In this document: piece by piece, positions 22,889 through 37,761 of the stretch
Position numbering within the stretch: the first letter of the stretch is position 1
Layout: each line of letters begins with the position of its first letter
Assembly (NCBI RefSeq): GCF_026571515.1
Contig: NW_026857358.1
Location: 186,001 to 250,000, forward strand
Source of the DNA: Ruditapes philippinarum
Lineage: Eukaryota
Reading direction: 5' to 3'
Length of the DNA stretch: 64,000 bases
Made by a program: the position numbers and the translations under genes
Notes under the pieces: generated by a model
Told to the model about the DNA's origin: nothing
The model's database searches: none
What the model saw: the letters and a program-made list of their open reading frames with translations, nothing else

Positions 22889-25800
22889 ATTATCTTGGAG
22901 CGAAAATAAGAAAATAAAAACTGACGTATCAGTATGAAATATACAGAGTGTTTTGAAAGGTACCTTGCTTTGTGCGGTAATATTTCGCAAGGAAAGAAAC
23001 AACTGTATGGCATAGCAATATCTTTAGTATCTTCAACTCAAGTTTCATGTCATACATTTTACATGCTCAACAGAATAGATGCATTGGTCATTTGACATAT
23101 AATGTTATTTTTTAAATAACAACATGCCTGAATAACAGGAAACATGAGATATTTGAACTTTATAATTATAAATGTGTCTATCGTATGTTTCAAGATATTG
23201 TTTTGATGCAATTACTTGTTTGACTCATAACTAGTTGCCGCAATATGGTACAAATAATAAAAACAAATCTTAAGTGCAATGTTACTTCAAAAATATTTAC
23301 TTCCACACAAGTATATAAGTACATGTATATAAATTTGTAGTTTAATCTTTAAATGTTTTAATTATGTCAATAAAACTCCTGTCTAATAAAAACTCTCACG
23401 GCAAACAAAGTGGATCGAAATACCCTCGGATAAATTCAAGTAGGCTAAAATTCAGGGTTATCAAAATAACATATCAAGCGGCGAAATGATATTTTAAAAC
23501 ATATCCCTTATATGTACAACTTATCCTCGTTTTTCTTATCTCCCTAATTACACGAAATTTCCATTCTCTGGGTGAGACGGTGAATATTAGAACGGGTTTT
23601 CCTCGCACAGAGGTATGTTGTTTACACGGAGAGCCCAAATTTCAACACGAAAGGCTTAGCTAGAGTACTCTGCTATCTTTCATGTTGCACAAAAACGGGG
23701 TTGTCTCAATGTTGTGCCATTTTCTCGCGTTAAGGGGGGATTGCTGTGGCTAGATAACAGTAACGATACAAACTAAAAGTCTAATACCGATAAGCAATTT
23801 GGTATATATATAGATAAATCAATGATCTGTTTGCAGTGATACTATATTAGGTGACATTGATTGCAATTAGAAAAGGTTTTAACACACAGTGCGATATGTT
23901 TGCGCTATGACACTGCAAGAAAGATATGAAAATGCAATATTTGAATAAAAGATTTAATGTTTACTGAACTATTGAAATAATATACTAGAAATAATTAAAA
24001 CATTGTTATGAAGACTTTCCTTCTTTGAATCGTTTACTATTTCTTATAGTTATTTAACAGCTACTCTAAAATAACTTTAAAAAATATCTGTCTTACATCT
24101 GTTGGCTTAGCAAATGGAATTCTATATTCTTATATAAAACAATTATGAAACCTACAACACATACAAAAGTTTTAAGTTAAACTTAAAGAAAGTTAAAATA
24201 TAACAATTCGTATTTCAAATTCGAAGTCTTAAATTTCTATAGCTGGTATTCAAAGAAATTGCAGCTTACCATTTTATGCTGCTTGTTGTTTTCTGTTTTC
24301 AATCATCATTGCAAATTCTAGATTTAGTTTAATACAACATTATTAAATGTCCGGTTGAGTGATACATTTAGTAAGCATCTTTCCTAAGCAGTTAAGAGGC
24401 GGAATGCGACTGAAATAAATATCTGATCTGATACGGTAAGTGAAAATTGAATTCCATGCATGGGAAGATTAAACCAATGTTAAATCAAAGTCAATTGTGA
24501 TCTTGTGTCCCTTTAGTAAAATTAATTGATAGTTTTTATGACATTTAGTTATTTAACTTGAACGGGATTTCCCTATTCAACGTTTAAAATATCATCTATT
24601 TATGCCTACATATTTAAACAGACTATGCCATGCCAGATACAATGATTGATAGCTTCCTATGATAATATTAATGCGAAAGAAGAAAATCAGGTGGGATATA
24701 GGCATGGATCAAGCGGCTCACGGGGTTAATTCTCGGATATAGAACCCTCCAAGAGGTCCTTAGCGTTTCCTTGGTGTCGAGTGTGGTGATCTACATACGT
24801 TTAATGTATGTGAATTCAATGGAGGGATATGTGAAACATTAATTTTGAATCAATTGACACTTTTAAGAATAGAAAGATCTTGGTTAACTAATAATGTTGT
24901 GCGAAAGTGATTTGAACTTTTACAGCATATATCTATCAAAAGCATCAATTTAAACTTTTATCGGCTCGAAGTTTTTTATTTAAAATTTGGAAGCCAATTG
25001 ATTGAAATTAGAAAACATTTATCATACGGTGTCTTTCCGTTACATAAAATTACTATAAAACTCGCACTTTAGTTGAAGAAATGTAAATAGATTGCTAAAA
25101 ACCTTTTGATAAATACTAGCACAGATGCCTTTCTTGATTTTTATTGACAGTGGCTACATTTGAAATACAATAAAATATTTTGTAAATATATTTCGATTGA
25201 CTCACTGTTTGATAGAATACACGGAGTCGGTCAGATCACACATGCTATGGACGGCTGTACAAAAGAGCTTGTCATCATGTAAGCAACACGCCAATACCCG
25301 TTGCTCTGCTGCTTTATTTACGTGTAAGTTTTCTAATGAAGGTTACGAGCGTAATCGAATTTTAAAAATAAATTAAAGGTAACAGGTGATAGCCATGATT
25401 TGTGTGTTGTCGACATTCCACATGGGAACATGAAATATTTCCCCTGACGATGTTTATAAAAATTATTTCAATGAACACCTGGACATATGAGGTCGAGTGT
25501 GTTTTTATCGGAACACTATTTGTTCTTTTTATCGTAAACTTTTCGTCCTTCTGCGCCCATCTGGTTGACATACATGTACATACATACTCGCTGTAACACT
25601 AGCAAATTGATATCAATGATAAACGAAAATAACCTCAGAAAGTATATATATTGGAATGATGATGTAAAATATGTTTATTTAACCGCTTTAGAATGAGCAA
25701 TGTTGATACTATTACGGACACTTTGGTTCCAGAAATTTGAGTCGGAAAGGGAAGGGGAATGAAAACGCATGCATGTATGCGAGAAAATTTTAAGAATATA

Positions 25801-27419
25801 TTTGTTAACTTTCTTTATTTTACTTAGAAGAGGGAAGTAAATGGCAAATTTAATGAATCAAATGAAGTAGATAATATTGGTATTGTTTATATTAGTAATT
25901 GCTTCATATCAATTATCAGACTTCTAATTAATTTTCACAACTCAACACCTATCGTTAAGAGTTTCTTATATTATTAGATATACTTTGAATATTTGCATTT
26001 GAGTTACTAACAGCTAGTTTGATTTGATGGTTTGTCTGTTTCACCTCCGTTTGCCAATTTGTCAGACAAAGTGACAATTTAACTCATATATGTGCTTGTT
26101 CCAATGCAAACATGTTTTTAAATTAAATTTTCCCAAAGTGTTTTTTTTTCCCAAAAAAATTTAAAATTTGGGCAACCATTCCAATTTTAATTTTTCGGAA
26201 AAGGAAATAAAGTTAAACACTTAAATTTGGTTTTTCCAAACACCCCAAAAATTTCTATATCGGGGGTTCTAGTCTTTAGAGCAGCCCCGTTGTTATATTC
26301 TGTCCATTTTTCGCTTTTTTTGTAAAAATTATTTGGTATTCAATAAGGCACTGTATCTTTTTCAGTTCAAACTTCAAATACCCCAAAACACGTCAAAACT
26401 TTTTTAGGAAATGAATATTTTGAAAAACAAAGTAGTGCGGGTTTAAATTTTTTTTTAAATTTTCCCCCGCAATTTTACAGGGCCGCCCCATTGTTGATAA
26501 GATCCCCTTAAAACAGGACGCCCAGTTTGGGTCACCGCCTCTCCGTGATAAGGGTCACCAATGATATGTGATGTTTACTTACACTCGGGCATCATTGGGG
26601 CATCTTATCTCTTTGGGTCACGTGAAACTAATTTTCAATATGGCGTCAAAAAGAAAAACAAAATACATGATTATTTATTTGCATTTTAATAAGACAAAAT
26701 GACATTATTGATTTCGCATTTTTGTTTACGCAATTCAAAACATGTTGTAATAAATTCTATGAGCAAAATTTTTAGATATTCCAACACATTAATGTTAATG
26801 TTTTATTATATAATCATGAAATTTCATGTTAATAGAAAAAGGTTATAAAACTTGATTGTTTATGAAAGCATTGGAATCTAGATTTAATAAGCTCTAATTA
26901 AAATAGGTCTAAGAAAATTGTCTTATTTTTTTTGTAATAAATGAACTCAAAACTATCATTTCATCGCTTCTAAAAAACAATGCACGTGCATTGTTTTGTT
27001 TTTAGTTGAAAATGAAAAAAGTTTGTTCTTTTGATAATGATTTTGTTCGTACTCATTTCATATTGCAACGTTACGTAGATACTCCTAATTACATAGAGTT
27101 TATGGAATGTTGCAAAAACCCCTAACTGCAAAAATACAGAAAAGAAAATTAAACTACGTAAATATAGGAGTTTTTTTAATTAAAGATTTGAACTTTTGTA
27201 AATGTTTTTTTTTTCATGGGCTGAAATTTAACGTTTGTACCCTCACAAAATCCTTTATTTTTCTAACTTTGTTCTTTTTTGGCCAGGTTGCTGCATAATT
27301 TTGGGGGCCTTTAGCTAGTTTTTTAGTTTTTTTCATAACCCCTAATAAGGGGAAATTTTTAGATTAATAGTTTTTTTAAAATCCAAAAAATAAAAAAATT
27401 TTTGATTAAAGCACCTGTA

Positions 27420-30118
27420 AAGGGTTGTTTTGTCTTTTTTTTTATATTTGGATATTTTGGAACTAATTTTTTCAAACCTTTTGCCTGTTTATTTTGCACT
27501 TTTTTTTATTTAGATATGTTGGGAGACTAGTTTTTTTCCAAACAATGTTGCCTAGTTGTTGTTTGTCTTGTTGTATATTTGGATATGTTGGGAGACTAGT
27601 TTTACAAAATCTGTTGCCTAGTTGTTGTTTGTCTTGTTGTATATTTGGATATGTTAGGAGACTAGTTTTTTCAAACTCTGTTGCCTAGTTGTTGCTTGTC
27701 TTGTTTTATATTTGGATATGTTGGGAGATTAGTTTTTTTCAAACTCTGTTGCCTAGTTGTTGTTTGTCTTGTTGTATATTTGGATATGTTAGGAGACTAG
27801 TTTTTTCAAACTCTGTTGCCTAGTTGTTGCTTGTCTTGTTTTATATTTGGATATGTTGGGAGACTAGTTTTTTCAAACTCTGTTGCCTAGTTGTTGTTTG
27901 TCTTGTTGTATATTTGGATATGTTAGGAGACTAGTTTTTTTCAAACTCTGTTGCCTAGTTGTTGTTTGTCTTGTTTATATTTGGATATGTTTGGAGACTA
28001 GTTTTTTCAAACTCTGTTGCCTAGTTGTTGTTTGTCTTGTTTTATATTTGGATATGTTGGGAGACTAGTTTTTTCAAACTCTGTTGCCTAGTTGTTGTTG
28101 TCTTGTTGTATATTTGGATTGTTGGAGACTAGTTTTTTTCCAAACAATGTTGCCTAGTTGTTGCTTGTCTTGTTGTATATTTGGATATGTTAGGAGTACT
28201 AGTTTTTTTCAAACTCTGTTGCCTAGTTGTTGCTTGTCTGTTTTATTATTTGGATATGTTGGGAGACTAGTTTTTTCAAAACTCTGTTGCTAGTTTTTTA
28301 GCTCTGTTGCTTGTCTTGTTTTTATATTTGGATATGTTGGGAGAACTAGTTTTTTCCAAACTCTGTTGCCTAGTTTGTTGTTTGTCTTGTTGTATATTTG
28401 GATTTTGTTAAGGAGACTAGTTTTTTTCAAATTCTGTTGCCTAGTTGTTGTTTGTCTTGTATTGTATATTTGGATTTGTTGGGAGACTAGTTTTTTCAAA
28501 ACCCTGTTGCCTAGTTGTGTTTGTCTTGTTGTATATTTGGATTATGTTTGGGAGACTAGTTTTTTTCAAACTCTGTTGTCTAGTTGTTGTTTGTCTTGTT
28601 GTATATTTTGGATATGTTGGGAGACTAGTTTTTCAAACTCTGCTTGTCTAGTTTGTTGCTTGTCTTGTTTAATATTTGGATATTGTTGGGAGACTAGTTT
28701 TTTCAAACAATGTTGCCTAGTTGTTGCTTGTCTTGTTTTATATTTGGATATGTTGGGAGACTAGTTTTTTCAAACAATGTTGCCTAGTTGTTGCTTGTCT
28801 TGTTTTATATTTGGATATGTTGGGAGACTAGTTTTTTCAAACTCTGTTGCCTAGTTGTTGCTTGTCTTGTTTTATATTTGGATATGTTGGGAGACTAGTT
28901 TTTTTCAAACTCTGTTGCCTAGTTGTTGTTTGTCTTGTTGTATATTTGGATTTGTTAGGAGACTAGTTTTTTTCAAATTCTGTTGCCTAGTTGTTGTTTG
29001 TCTTGTTGTATATTTGGATTTGTTGGGAGACTAGTTTTTCAAACCCTGTTGCCTAGTTGTTGTTTGTCTTGTTGTATATTTGGATATGTTGGGAGACTAG
29101 TTTTTCAAACTCTGTTGCCTAGTTGTTGCTTGTCTTGTTGTATATTTGGATATGTTAGGAGACTAGTTTTTTTCAAACTCTGTTGCCTAGTTGTTGCTTG
29201 TCTTGTTGTATATTTGGATATGTTGGGAGACTATTTTTTTTTCAAACTCTGTTGCCTAGTTGTTGCTTGTCTTGTTGTATATTTGGATATGTTGGGAGAC
29301 TATTTTTTTTTCAAACTCTGTTGCCTAGTTGTTGCTTGTCTTGTTGTATATTTGGATATGTTGGGAGACTAGTTTTTTTTTCAAACTCTGTTGCCTAGTT
29401 GTTGCTTGTCTTGTTGTATATTTGGATATGTTTGGAGACTAGTTTTTCAAACTCTGTTGCCTAGTTGTTGTTTTTCTTGTTGTATATTTGGATATGTTGG
29501 GAGATTAGTTTTTCAAACTATGTTGTCTAGTTGTTGCTTGTCTTGTTGTATATTTGGATATGTTAGGAGACTAGTTTTTTCAAACTCTGTTGTCTAGTTG
29601 GTTGCTTGTCTTGTTGTATATTTGGATATGTTTGAGACTAGTTTTTTTTTCAAACTCTGTTGCCTAGTTGTTTGTTTTTTTCTTGTTGTATATTTGGATA
29701 TGTTTGGAGATTAGTTTTCAAACTTATGTTGATCTAGTTGTTGCTTGTCTTGTTGTATATTTGGATATGTTAGGAGACTAGTTTTTTCAAACTCTGTTGC
29801 CTAGTTGTTGTTTGTCTTGTTGTATATTTGGATATGTTGGGAGATTAGTTTTTCAAACTCTGTTGTCTAGTTGTTGCTTGTCTTGTTGTATATTTGGATA
29901 TGTTTGGAGACTAGTTTTTTCAAACTCTGTTGCCTAGTTGTTGTTTGTCTTGTTGTATATTTGGATATGTTGGGAGATTAGTTTTTCAAACTCTGTTGTC
30001 TAGTTGTTGCTCGTCTTGTTGTATATTTCGATATGTTGGGAGACTAGTTTTACAAAATCTGTTGCCTTGTTGTTGCTTGTCTTGTTGTATATTTGGATAT
30101 GTTAGGAGACTAGTTTTC
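27420..30118. repeat. ~67-bp G/T-rich minisatellite (~40 copies)
   Basis: Unit CTAGTTGTTGYTTGTCTTGTTGTATATTTGGATATGTTGGGAGACTAGTTTTTTCAAACTCTGTTGC with a variable T-run. Confidence 0.96.
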
Positions 30119-32095
30119 GTTTGTGATAGTTTCTATAAGAAGAGTACAAAAAGCAAACACATTATAAAAATCAGAAAAGGGAGGTTAATTCACAAATTTA
30201 TATTTGATCACGTGATACTTAAAAAAAAAATAATAATAATAATAATAATAATATTAGTTGTTGTTGTTGTTATTGTTTACAGAATATATGTGTTTTATTT
30301 TGGAATTTTGTTTTCGATCCTTTTTTAAAGTCCGCCCATGTACGGCATAGATTACACGGACGATAATCCTTCTGTAGTCCTTTTCTTTGATTACATTGCT
30401 ATTATAGCTCTATCAATAGTTATCACGTACTCTCGTCAAATTCTCGCGATAACTCCAAAATATGGCGCGACAAGATTTCTCAAACGTAGATTTATTTCCG
30501 TAATTTATATTTCAAATAGCAGCAAAATATTCTATGACTCAACGCTAAAAAATTAATAAATGAGGAGACTTGCTTTCGAATTTTTCTAAAAGTAATGTCA
30601 TCTGACACGAATTTGAAGTTTTGAAAACACAAATCACAAACGAGCACATTTACCCCTATTTTTTTCTTTTAGCGAATGTTTGTTTTCTTTGCGATGAAAA
30701 ATTGTATACTGAAAGCTGCAAAATGAGATGAAAAAATATAATACGCAGACAATAATAAAATATTGGCGATAAATCAAAACAAGTGAGATATGGTAGTACA
30801 CATTATCATTTAAGAAAATACTTGTCTTATTTTCCTTCTTTGAGTTTTTTTTAGCTTAAACGTGTATATTATAAATTTTATAAGAAATATTGCAGGATGG
30901 CCTTATAAAAAAGATAAAAAAGGAGATGATGACGTAAACTCGGAACAAAACAAAGAATTAATGCCAGTGGGGTTGAAATATTTTGTAAATGAGTATAATG
31001 TAGAAATTCTTAGGTCTCCGGACCTACAAAACTATTTGCTACAAAAATAGAAATTAATTTTGTCTTTGTTTGCACGAAGAATCAGTTCAGAAACTTTGTA
31101 CAGGTGTGTTGAAAGAAAGTGCATAAAATGTCGAGCGAGTATTGTTGAATAATTATATGATACAAAAATGAGGTTTCAAAAAAATAACTATGAAATTCAG
31201 TTTGACCTGATATACATTAAATATGGTTATAAATGTATTATGAAAATAGGGTAAAATAGTATGATCACATGCGACAATACCAATGCGTCCAAATTATCGG
31301 CGGCTATTTTAATCATATTTAATATGAAAATTCTTTCAAGCATACGAGCAACAATTTGTATGTACAATTTTGATACCTCATAGATTATACTTCTTTCAAG
31401 AATTATTCTGTGTGAAATTCCTTTTCAAACAAATAAAAATAAAGAAAAAAAGTTTATTTCATGCGGTATTTAAATAAATTATTGTGTCTTTATCAAAATA
31501 TAATTTAAAAAAAACAGTTTCATATGTTTTAACACCAAATAAGAATGATATTGGTAAGCTACCCTTTATGAAGAACATGCATTAAAAAACTTCCATTAAC
31601 CTGTAGATGACCAAACATAGCTTCATTATTGTTTTAACGCATTTTGTTTTTGGATATTGCTCTCCTTTCAACTTTATAAAAATACAAGAATTAGTATTTT
31701 TTATTTAGATGATGTTAATGTATATCAATGTCATAACTTATAATGTATCTTTATAATTACCTTAGTTGTAAGAAAACAGTGGTAATAAAAGTCACATGTA
31801 TAAATATACATGTTATAACTAAATTATATAGCATTGATATGATATGAAAACAAAATAAATTTGATATTTCTCTTGTTTGACATCTGCTTTACAACATTAA
31901 CCTTCTTTCATAATGTAAACAAAATATGATTCAAACGCATAAATAAAGTTATACTGTTAAAATCGTAAATTTCGCGCAAACAAATATGATTTTGAAAAAC
32001 GAGTAAACAATTATTATCTGATAAGTGGTTGAAAGTTCCTCATTAGTAATAAAATATCATTGAATGAAAACTGTGCCCGCCAGAGTTTAAATATT

Positions 32096-32290
32096 AACAG
32101 GCACTTTTTGAAGAAATAAAAAAATAAAAACAGGCACTTTTTGAAGAAATAAAAAATTAAAAACAGGCACTTTTTGAAGAAATAAAAAATTAAAACAATC
32201 ATTTTTGAAGAAAAAAAAATTAAAACAGCACTTTCTGAAGAAATAAAAAATTAAAACAGGCACGTGAAATTAAAACAGGCACTTTTTGAA
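32096..32290. repeat. ~32-bp short tandem array (~6 copies)
   Basis: AAACAGGCACTTTTTGAAGAAATAAAAAATTA repeated with decay. Confidence 0.88.
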
Positions 32291-35200
32291 AGACCGAAAT
32301 CAAAGTGTGACGTTTTATTTGACGTCAAAAGACATGCCTAGCTCTCTAGTACCACCAATATTTTACTATTTATGCCAAAGATTTTTTAGCAATATATATA
32401 TTTCATCTGTATCAGTTTCCCCAAACTGTGCAGCAAATTTTCATTCAGTCTATGCGCTAAATTTTAGAAAATCTGTATGTATTAATTATAATTTCATTCT
32501 CATGTATGTTTATTTCTTCTTAATTTTATCAAAATTTGATAAAGTTCGCTAATTTTGAATAATTAGAATTTTTGTTAAAAGTTTTACTTAAAATTTACGT
32601 ACATTACATGTATTTAGAAAAGCTATTTGTAATCTTATACAAATTCATATGAATTTATTTAATTTTTTATGTTACTTTTGTACGGAATAGAGTGTCTTTT
32701 GCATTTATGTATATTCTTCACAGTTTAATGAGATTTGTTTTATGTGTGATTGTAGAAAAAAATGCTATTTTTTAAGTATTTGCATTTCGGTTATCATTTT
32801 TGTTTCCATATTCATTTAAATTTAAATTCTGGCGCAGTTCACTTGGAGTATGTTATTTCAATTCTACAGAAATTTGAATTAAAAAAAATTCTTAAAATGT
32901 GTTTCATTTTTTATCATTTTATTTATATCAGTATTTGGTTTAATAATACTTATATATCAATGTATAAAGTCATTATTGTTTCTGCCGACAGCAAACAAGT
33001 CAGTATTTAGAAGTTACTGCTATAACTTATTGTCTAAATATTCTGTTCATTTTTAAAAGTATTTTTTCTAAAAAGATGTTAAAATTATAACCTAAAATTC
33101 AGATTTCGGAACTTTCAAAAACAAGAGTGACTTTTCAGTGATTATAAAGAAAAAATATTAAGAAAACATTATTAGGAAAACATTCTGAATGAATTATTTT
33201 GCGATAGAAATGAAAATATTTAAATAAAATCTAGTCAAAATAAATGAGATTAGGAAAAAATATCCAAGATAAAAAAACTCAATAATTTACCAAGACACTC
33301 TATTTTGTCTTTTAAGAAAATATCGACTGAGCTTACCCATCTAATGTAAATAATGAATCAACGAAATTTCTACAATAAATGACTTTAATTAACTCACTTA
33401 ACCCGTCCAGACCAAAAATTTGATAAAATAAGGGTCAATATAGTGTATTGTGGGGTCTGCGGTAAATTAAATTAAAACGTATTTGAAAACAAAATAGATA
33501 ATCCATAGTTCCATTTTTATTTGAAATGTAAACAAACAATCCCGGACGTTGAAGAGAACATGTTTACAGTGTATTCATCAACGACATTAAAAGTCATACA
33601 AATTGCAATTAGCACGTCCGACAACTGTTTCTGGTGAAGAAATGTACATAAATAGCAAACCACAAGCAAACTCGTTCATTATAACCGTATCAAAGTCCCA
33701 GTATTGTCTGCTGACCGAATTTGTTTCTCTAGAACCACAATGAACTTTGTTCTTCATGTCCTGGTTGTTTCCAATCAAATATCTCTTAATCTCCAACAAC
33801 ATCAACTGTTGACAACATTAAACTTCATTAAATAGTAAAACTGTCTATTTCATTGATTAAATTCCGCACACTTTATTAAGTCATGAAACAAAAACAATTG
33901 TCTAAACTTTCATAAACTGAGTTTAGTTTTGAGTGTATATCTTTGTCGGATTTTGTATCAACTATTTTATTACATTTTCCACTTTACAAAATAAGCAACG
34001 TAATAATTGAAAACATTGAAATGTATGGATTGTACATCTTTCAAGATGTTATATAGTTATGGATTAATCTCTCTCGACGCCGTCTTTAAGCCATGATATC
34101 ATTATTTAAGCATATGAAAAACTGCCGGCTTACGGGCTTTAGACATATCCTTGGAGTCTTCATCTAAAGTTATGCAACATAGTAATTTTTCTAAGTGTTA
34201 AAATGCTCAAAAATAACTATTCTTCTACAGTATTGATACACATTGATAGTTTCGTATATGAAGTTGGAATATCAACTCTCTTAAATTACAATACTTAAAG
34301 AACAGTTTTAAAATATTTTAAATCATTGGTCCTATATTTGTTTGACATTATTTTAATAAATAATTGCAACGACATTTTTGGCCCAATGATAGAACTATAT
34401 TATGTTCTTTTAACATGTATATTTTCTTTTTCCGGAAAATGTATAACCAAAAAGATATCTCGATTCTCGTTTGAAAAATAATATTCTGATAATGGTTCAG
34501 CATTGGCACAAAAACTTTAAAATAACAAAAACAAGCGTCGGAAAAACCTGTACGTAGACGTCCAAAATTTTACATTATTTACAGCTTTTAGAGTGGTAGT
34601 GACGTGTTTATATAAAAAAAAATTTAGTCCTTTTTGAAAAAAACTAGTGGGAGTTTTAAAGGCAATTATAGAGCTAATATTTGTACCAATCTTCAAAATT
34701 GTTCTTGTTGCAATTCCAGCCTAGTAACCCAACAATTTATCATTCTATATTTCTTTTGAAATACAATACTGACTATTGTAATAAATGCATCGGGTTATAT
34801 ATATCATGATTCGTAAAATGAACCCCTGTTACGGACATGTCAGGATCTGATATATTCTAAGCTCTGGATATTTGTTTCAATTGCTCGGATTTAATTTTGT
34901 TTAATATGTATCCGCTGGTATTTAGCAGAAACATTAATCGTTATTGTGTATTTAATAACTATTTATGACATTTTTTTTTATTTCAAGTATGAAGCACAGA
35001 ACATGATATATTGTTCACTATTAAACAAGATATATTAAAATAATATTTGTGTATGTGTTGCATTTTTATGTTTTGCTTTTATGAAAACAAGCATGTTACA
35101 TTCACCGTTGCACACCAAGACTACATTTTATAAATTCCAAAACGAACATATCAATTTAGTTTCATTTCTTTTTGGTATATTTATACATGATTACCATCTG

Positions 35201-36952
35201 TAGAAGATTTTAAGCTTCGTGAAAAAGCAGACATTAGCTCATGTAAATGCACTTACAAAACATAATCTTTGCTCCAAATGACTCTAATATCAAATTTTAT
35301 TTTAGGTTAATGCGCAATCGTACAAATGCAGAAAATAGCTCGCAATTAGTATAAAAATCTTTCACAATTTTTTCCTATTATACTTAGCATTTTACTGATG
35401 GGTGATGCTCCTGGTTTGACTGTGAGGATTTTAATATAATTGATTCATACCGGGACTGTTACTGTTTGATACGAACATTATGGTCCATTTGTCGGGTAAA
35501 AGAATGTTAAATTGCTGCATTCAATATAAGTATCTTAAGTTAAATAAAGATAGTTGGAGTGTTTTAGTTACTTCCAAGCTTCACATTATGCGAAAACATA
35601 AAAAGTAGAAAGTAAATACTTGAAAAATAATACTAAAATAAAAAGACACGTTATTAAATTATTGTAAAATAATCAAACATTTCTGCTTAAGAAAAACTCT
35701 TTTATACATTGTATTTTTTATTTGTATGGAAAGACAATTACGATAACATGTGCTATAACCATGACTTTTTTGTGATTCCAGTGTAAGAAATTCTTATTGA
35801 ATAACTTCGCAATTTTACAAAAGGGTGACAATTATTTATTGATTATAAATGTGGCATATACAATAAATTTAAATTGTCGTGGAGTCACTCAAATAAGATA
35901 TGCTACGGTATGTCACCTTGGTGTAATTCTGAGCTATACCAAGCCCCACTCTAACAAATACATTCATACATTTATTAATAGATATACTTCTCCTAATTAT
36001 AAATATGTGTTTCAATATCTTATATTTCATACATATGAACACATTCAAATACATGTACCTTTGCAATATTCTTCAGGAAACACGTTAAAAGCAAATGCTT
36101 CTGCAACAATCGGAAAAAACTGCCACAATGAAAGAAACTATTTACTTTCTATAAGGCAATTTCGATGACGTTTATTAAACAGAGATAATAAGGTAAGGGA
36201 CGACAAAAGGTTATGATTTCTATGGATATACGTATCGTATTATGACAGACGTTCAATTCATCTCTAAACACAATAAATGTATATCAAGCAGGCAGATCAC
36301 CTTTTTTCAAAATGCATTTATCTTATTGTACTAAGTTAAGATATAACTGTTTCAATTAACATGAGATCAACTTTCATGATACAGTTAGAAGCAAATATTT
36401 AAAATAGCACGAAGAAGCTGATATCTATCTGGCAGAAATGATACAAAATTTGCAAAGGAAGCAAATCGGTTTTACCTTTCTACTGCGAGATATCGTGAAT
36501 GTATAAAGCCTGACTTAATGTATAAAACACATAAATGCAAGACATTTTTATATTTATAGATAAAGTAACATTATATTAGAAATTTATGGAACCATACAAC
36601 ATCTTTATTTACAAACTGTCTCGTGCATTAACATTCTCAAGCAAATCTTTCATAACACACTAATTGCCTGCGCGCGTGTAAACAATATATTAAATGTACA
36701 TAAAGAAATTTAGAGAGTACATAAATTCTTTTTGTAAATTGACATAATGTACAACTATAGAAAAAAAATCTGCAAAATGCAAACTGTGTTTTTATTTGAA
36801 TATGAATATTTTGTAAGAACTAACTTCTACAGTGGGAAGAACGATCCAGATGGCCCTTCATAAAGTATAATTATTTAATTTTCTCATTGCTGTTCAAAGC
36901 AATATGTTCTTTCTTTATCTTGTATTGCAAGAATATGTCGTCTTCTGCAAAT

Positions 36953-37761
36953 TTGTTTTGCATGATGTCGGTATATAAGATTGTTTTTGCATGATGTCGG
37001 TATATATTAAGATTGTTTTTGCATGATGTCGGTATATAAGATTGTTTTTGCATGATGTCGGTATATAAGATTGTTTTTGCATGATGTCGGTATATAAGAT
37101 TGTTTTTGCATGATGTCGGTATATAAGATTGTTTTTGCATGATGTCGGTATATAAGATTGTTTTTTTCATGATGTCGGTATATATTAAGATTGTTTTTGC
37201 ATGATGTCGGTATATAAGATTGTTTTTGCATGATGTCGGTATATAAGATTGTTTTTGCATGATGTCGGTATATAAGATTGTTTTTGCATGATGTCGGTAT
37301 ATATTAAGATTGTTTTTGCATGATGTCGGTATATAAGATTGTTTTTGCATGATGTCGGTATATAAGATTGTTTTTGCATGATGTCGGTATATAAGATTGT
37401 TTTTGCATGATGTCGGTATATATTAAGATTGTTTTTTTGCATGATGTCGGTATATAAGATTGTTTTTGCATGATGTCGGTATATAAGATTGTTTTTGCAT
37501 GATGTCGGTATATATTAAGATTGTTTTTGCATGATGTCGGTATATAAGATTTTTTTTGCATGATGTTGCGATGTATATAAGATTGTTTTTGCATGATGTC
37601 GGTATATATTAAGATTGTTTTTGCATGATGTCGGTATATAAGATTGTTTTTGCATGATGTCGGTATATAAGATTGTTTTTGCATGATGTCGGTATATATT
37701 AAGATTGTTTTTACATGATGTCGGTATATAAGATTGTTTTTACATGATGTCGGTATATAAG
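36953..37761. repeat. 29/32-bp minisatellite (~27 copies)
   Basis: GCATGATGTCGGTATATAAGATTGTTTTT with a periodic +3-nt variant (..TATATTAAG..). Confidence 0.96.

Noticed and set aside
27494-30328. Cys-rich ORFs (LPSCCLSCCIFGYVGRL)n resembling metallothionein or keratin-associated proteins
   Set aside because: Translations of a ~67-bp non-triplet satellite with constant frameshifts.
30862-31050. 62-aa ORF with SPDL, possible Tc1/mariner transposase fragment
   Set aside because: No other DDE or WPxxSPDLNPIE context; too short to support.
36871-37684. Repetitive ORFs MQKQSYIPTSCKNN
   Set aside because: By-product of the 29-bp minisatellite cycling through frames.
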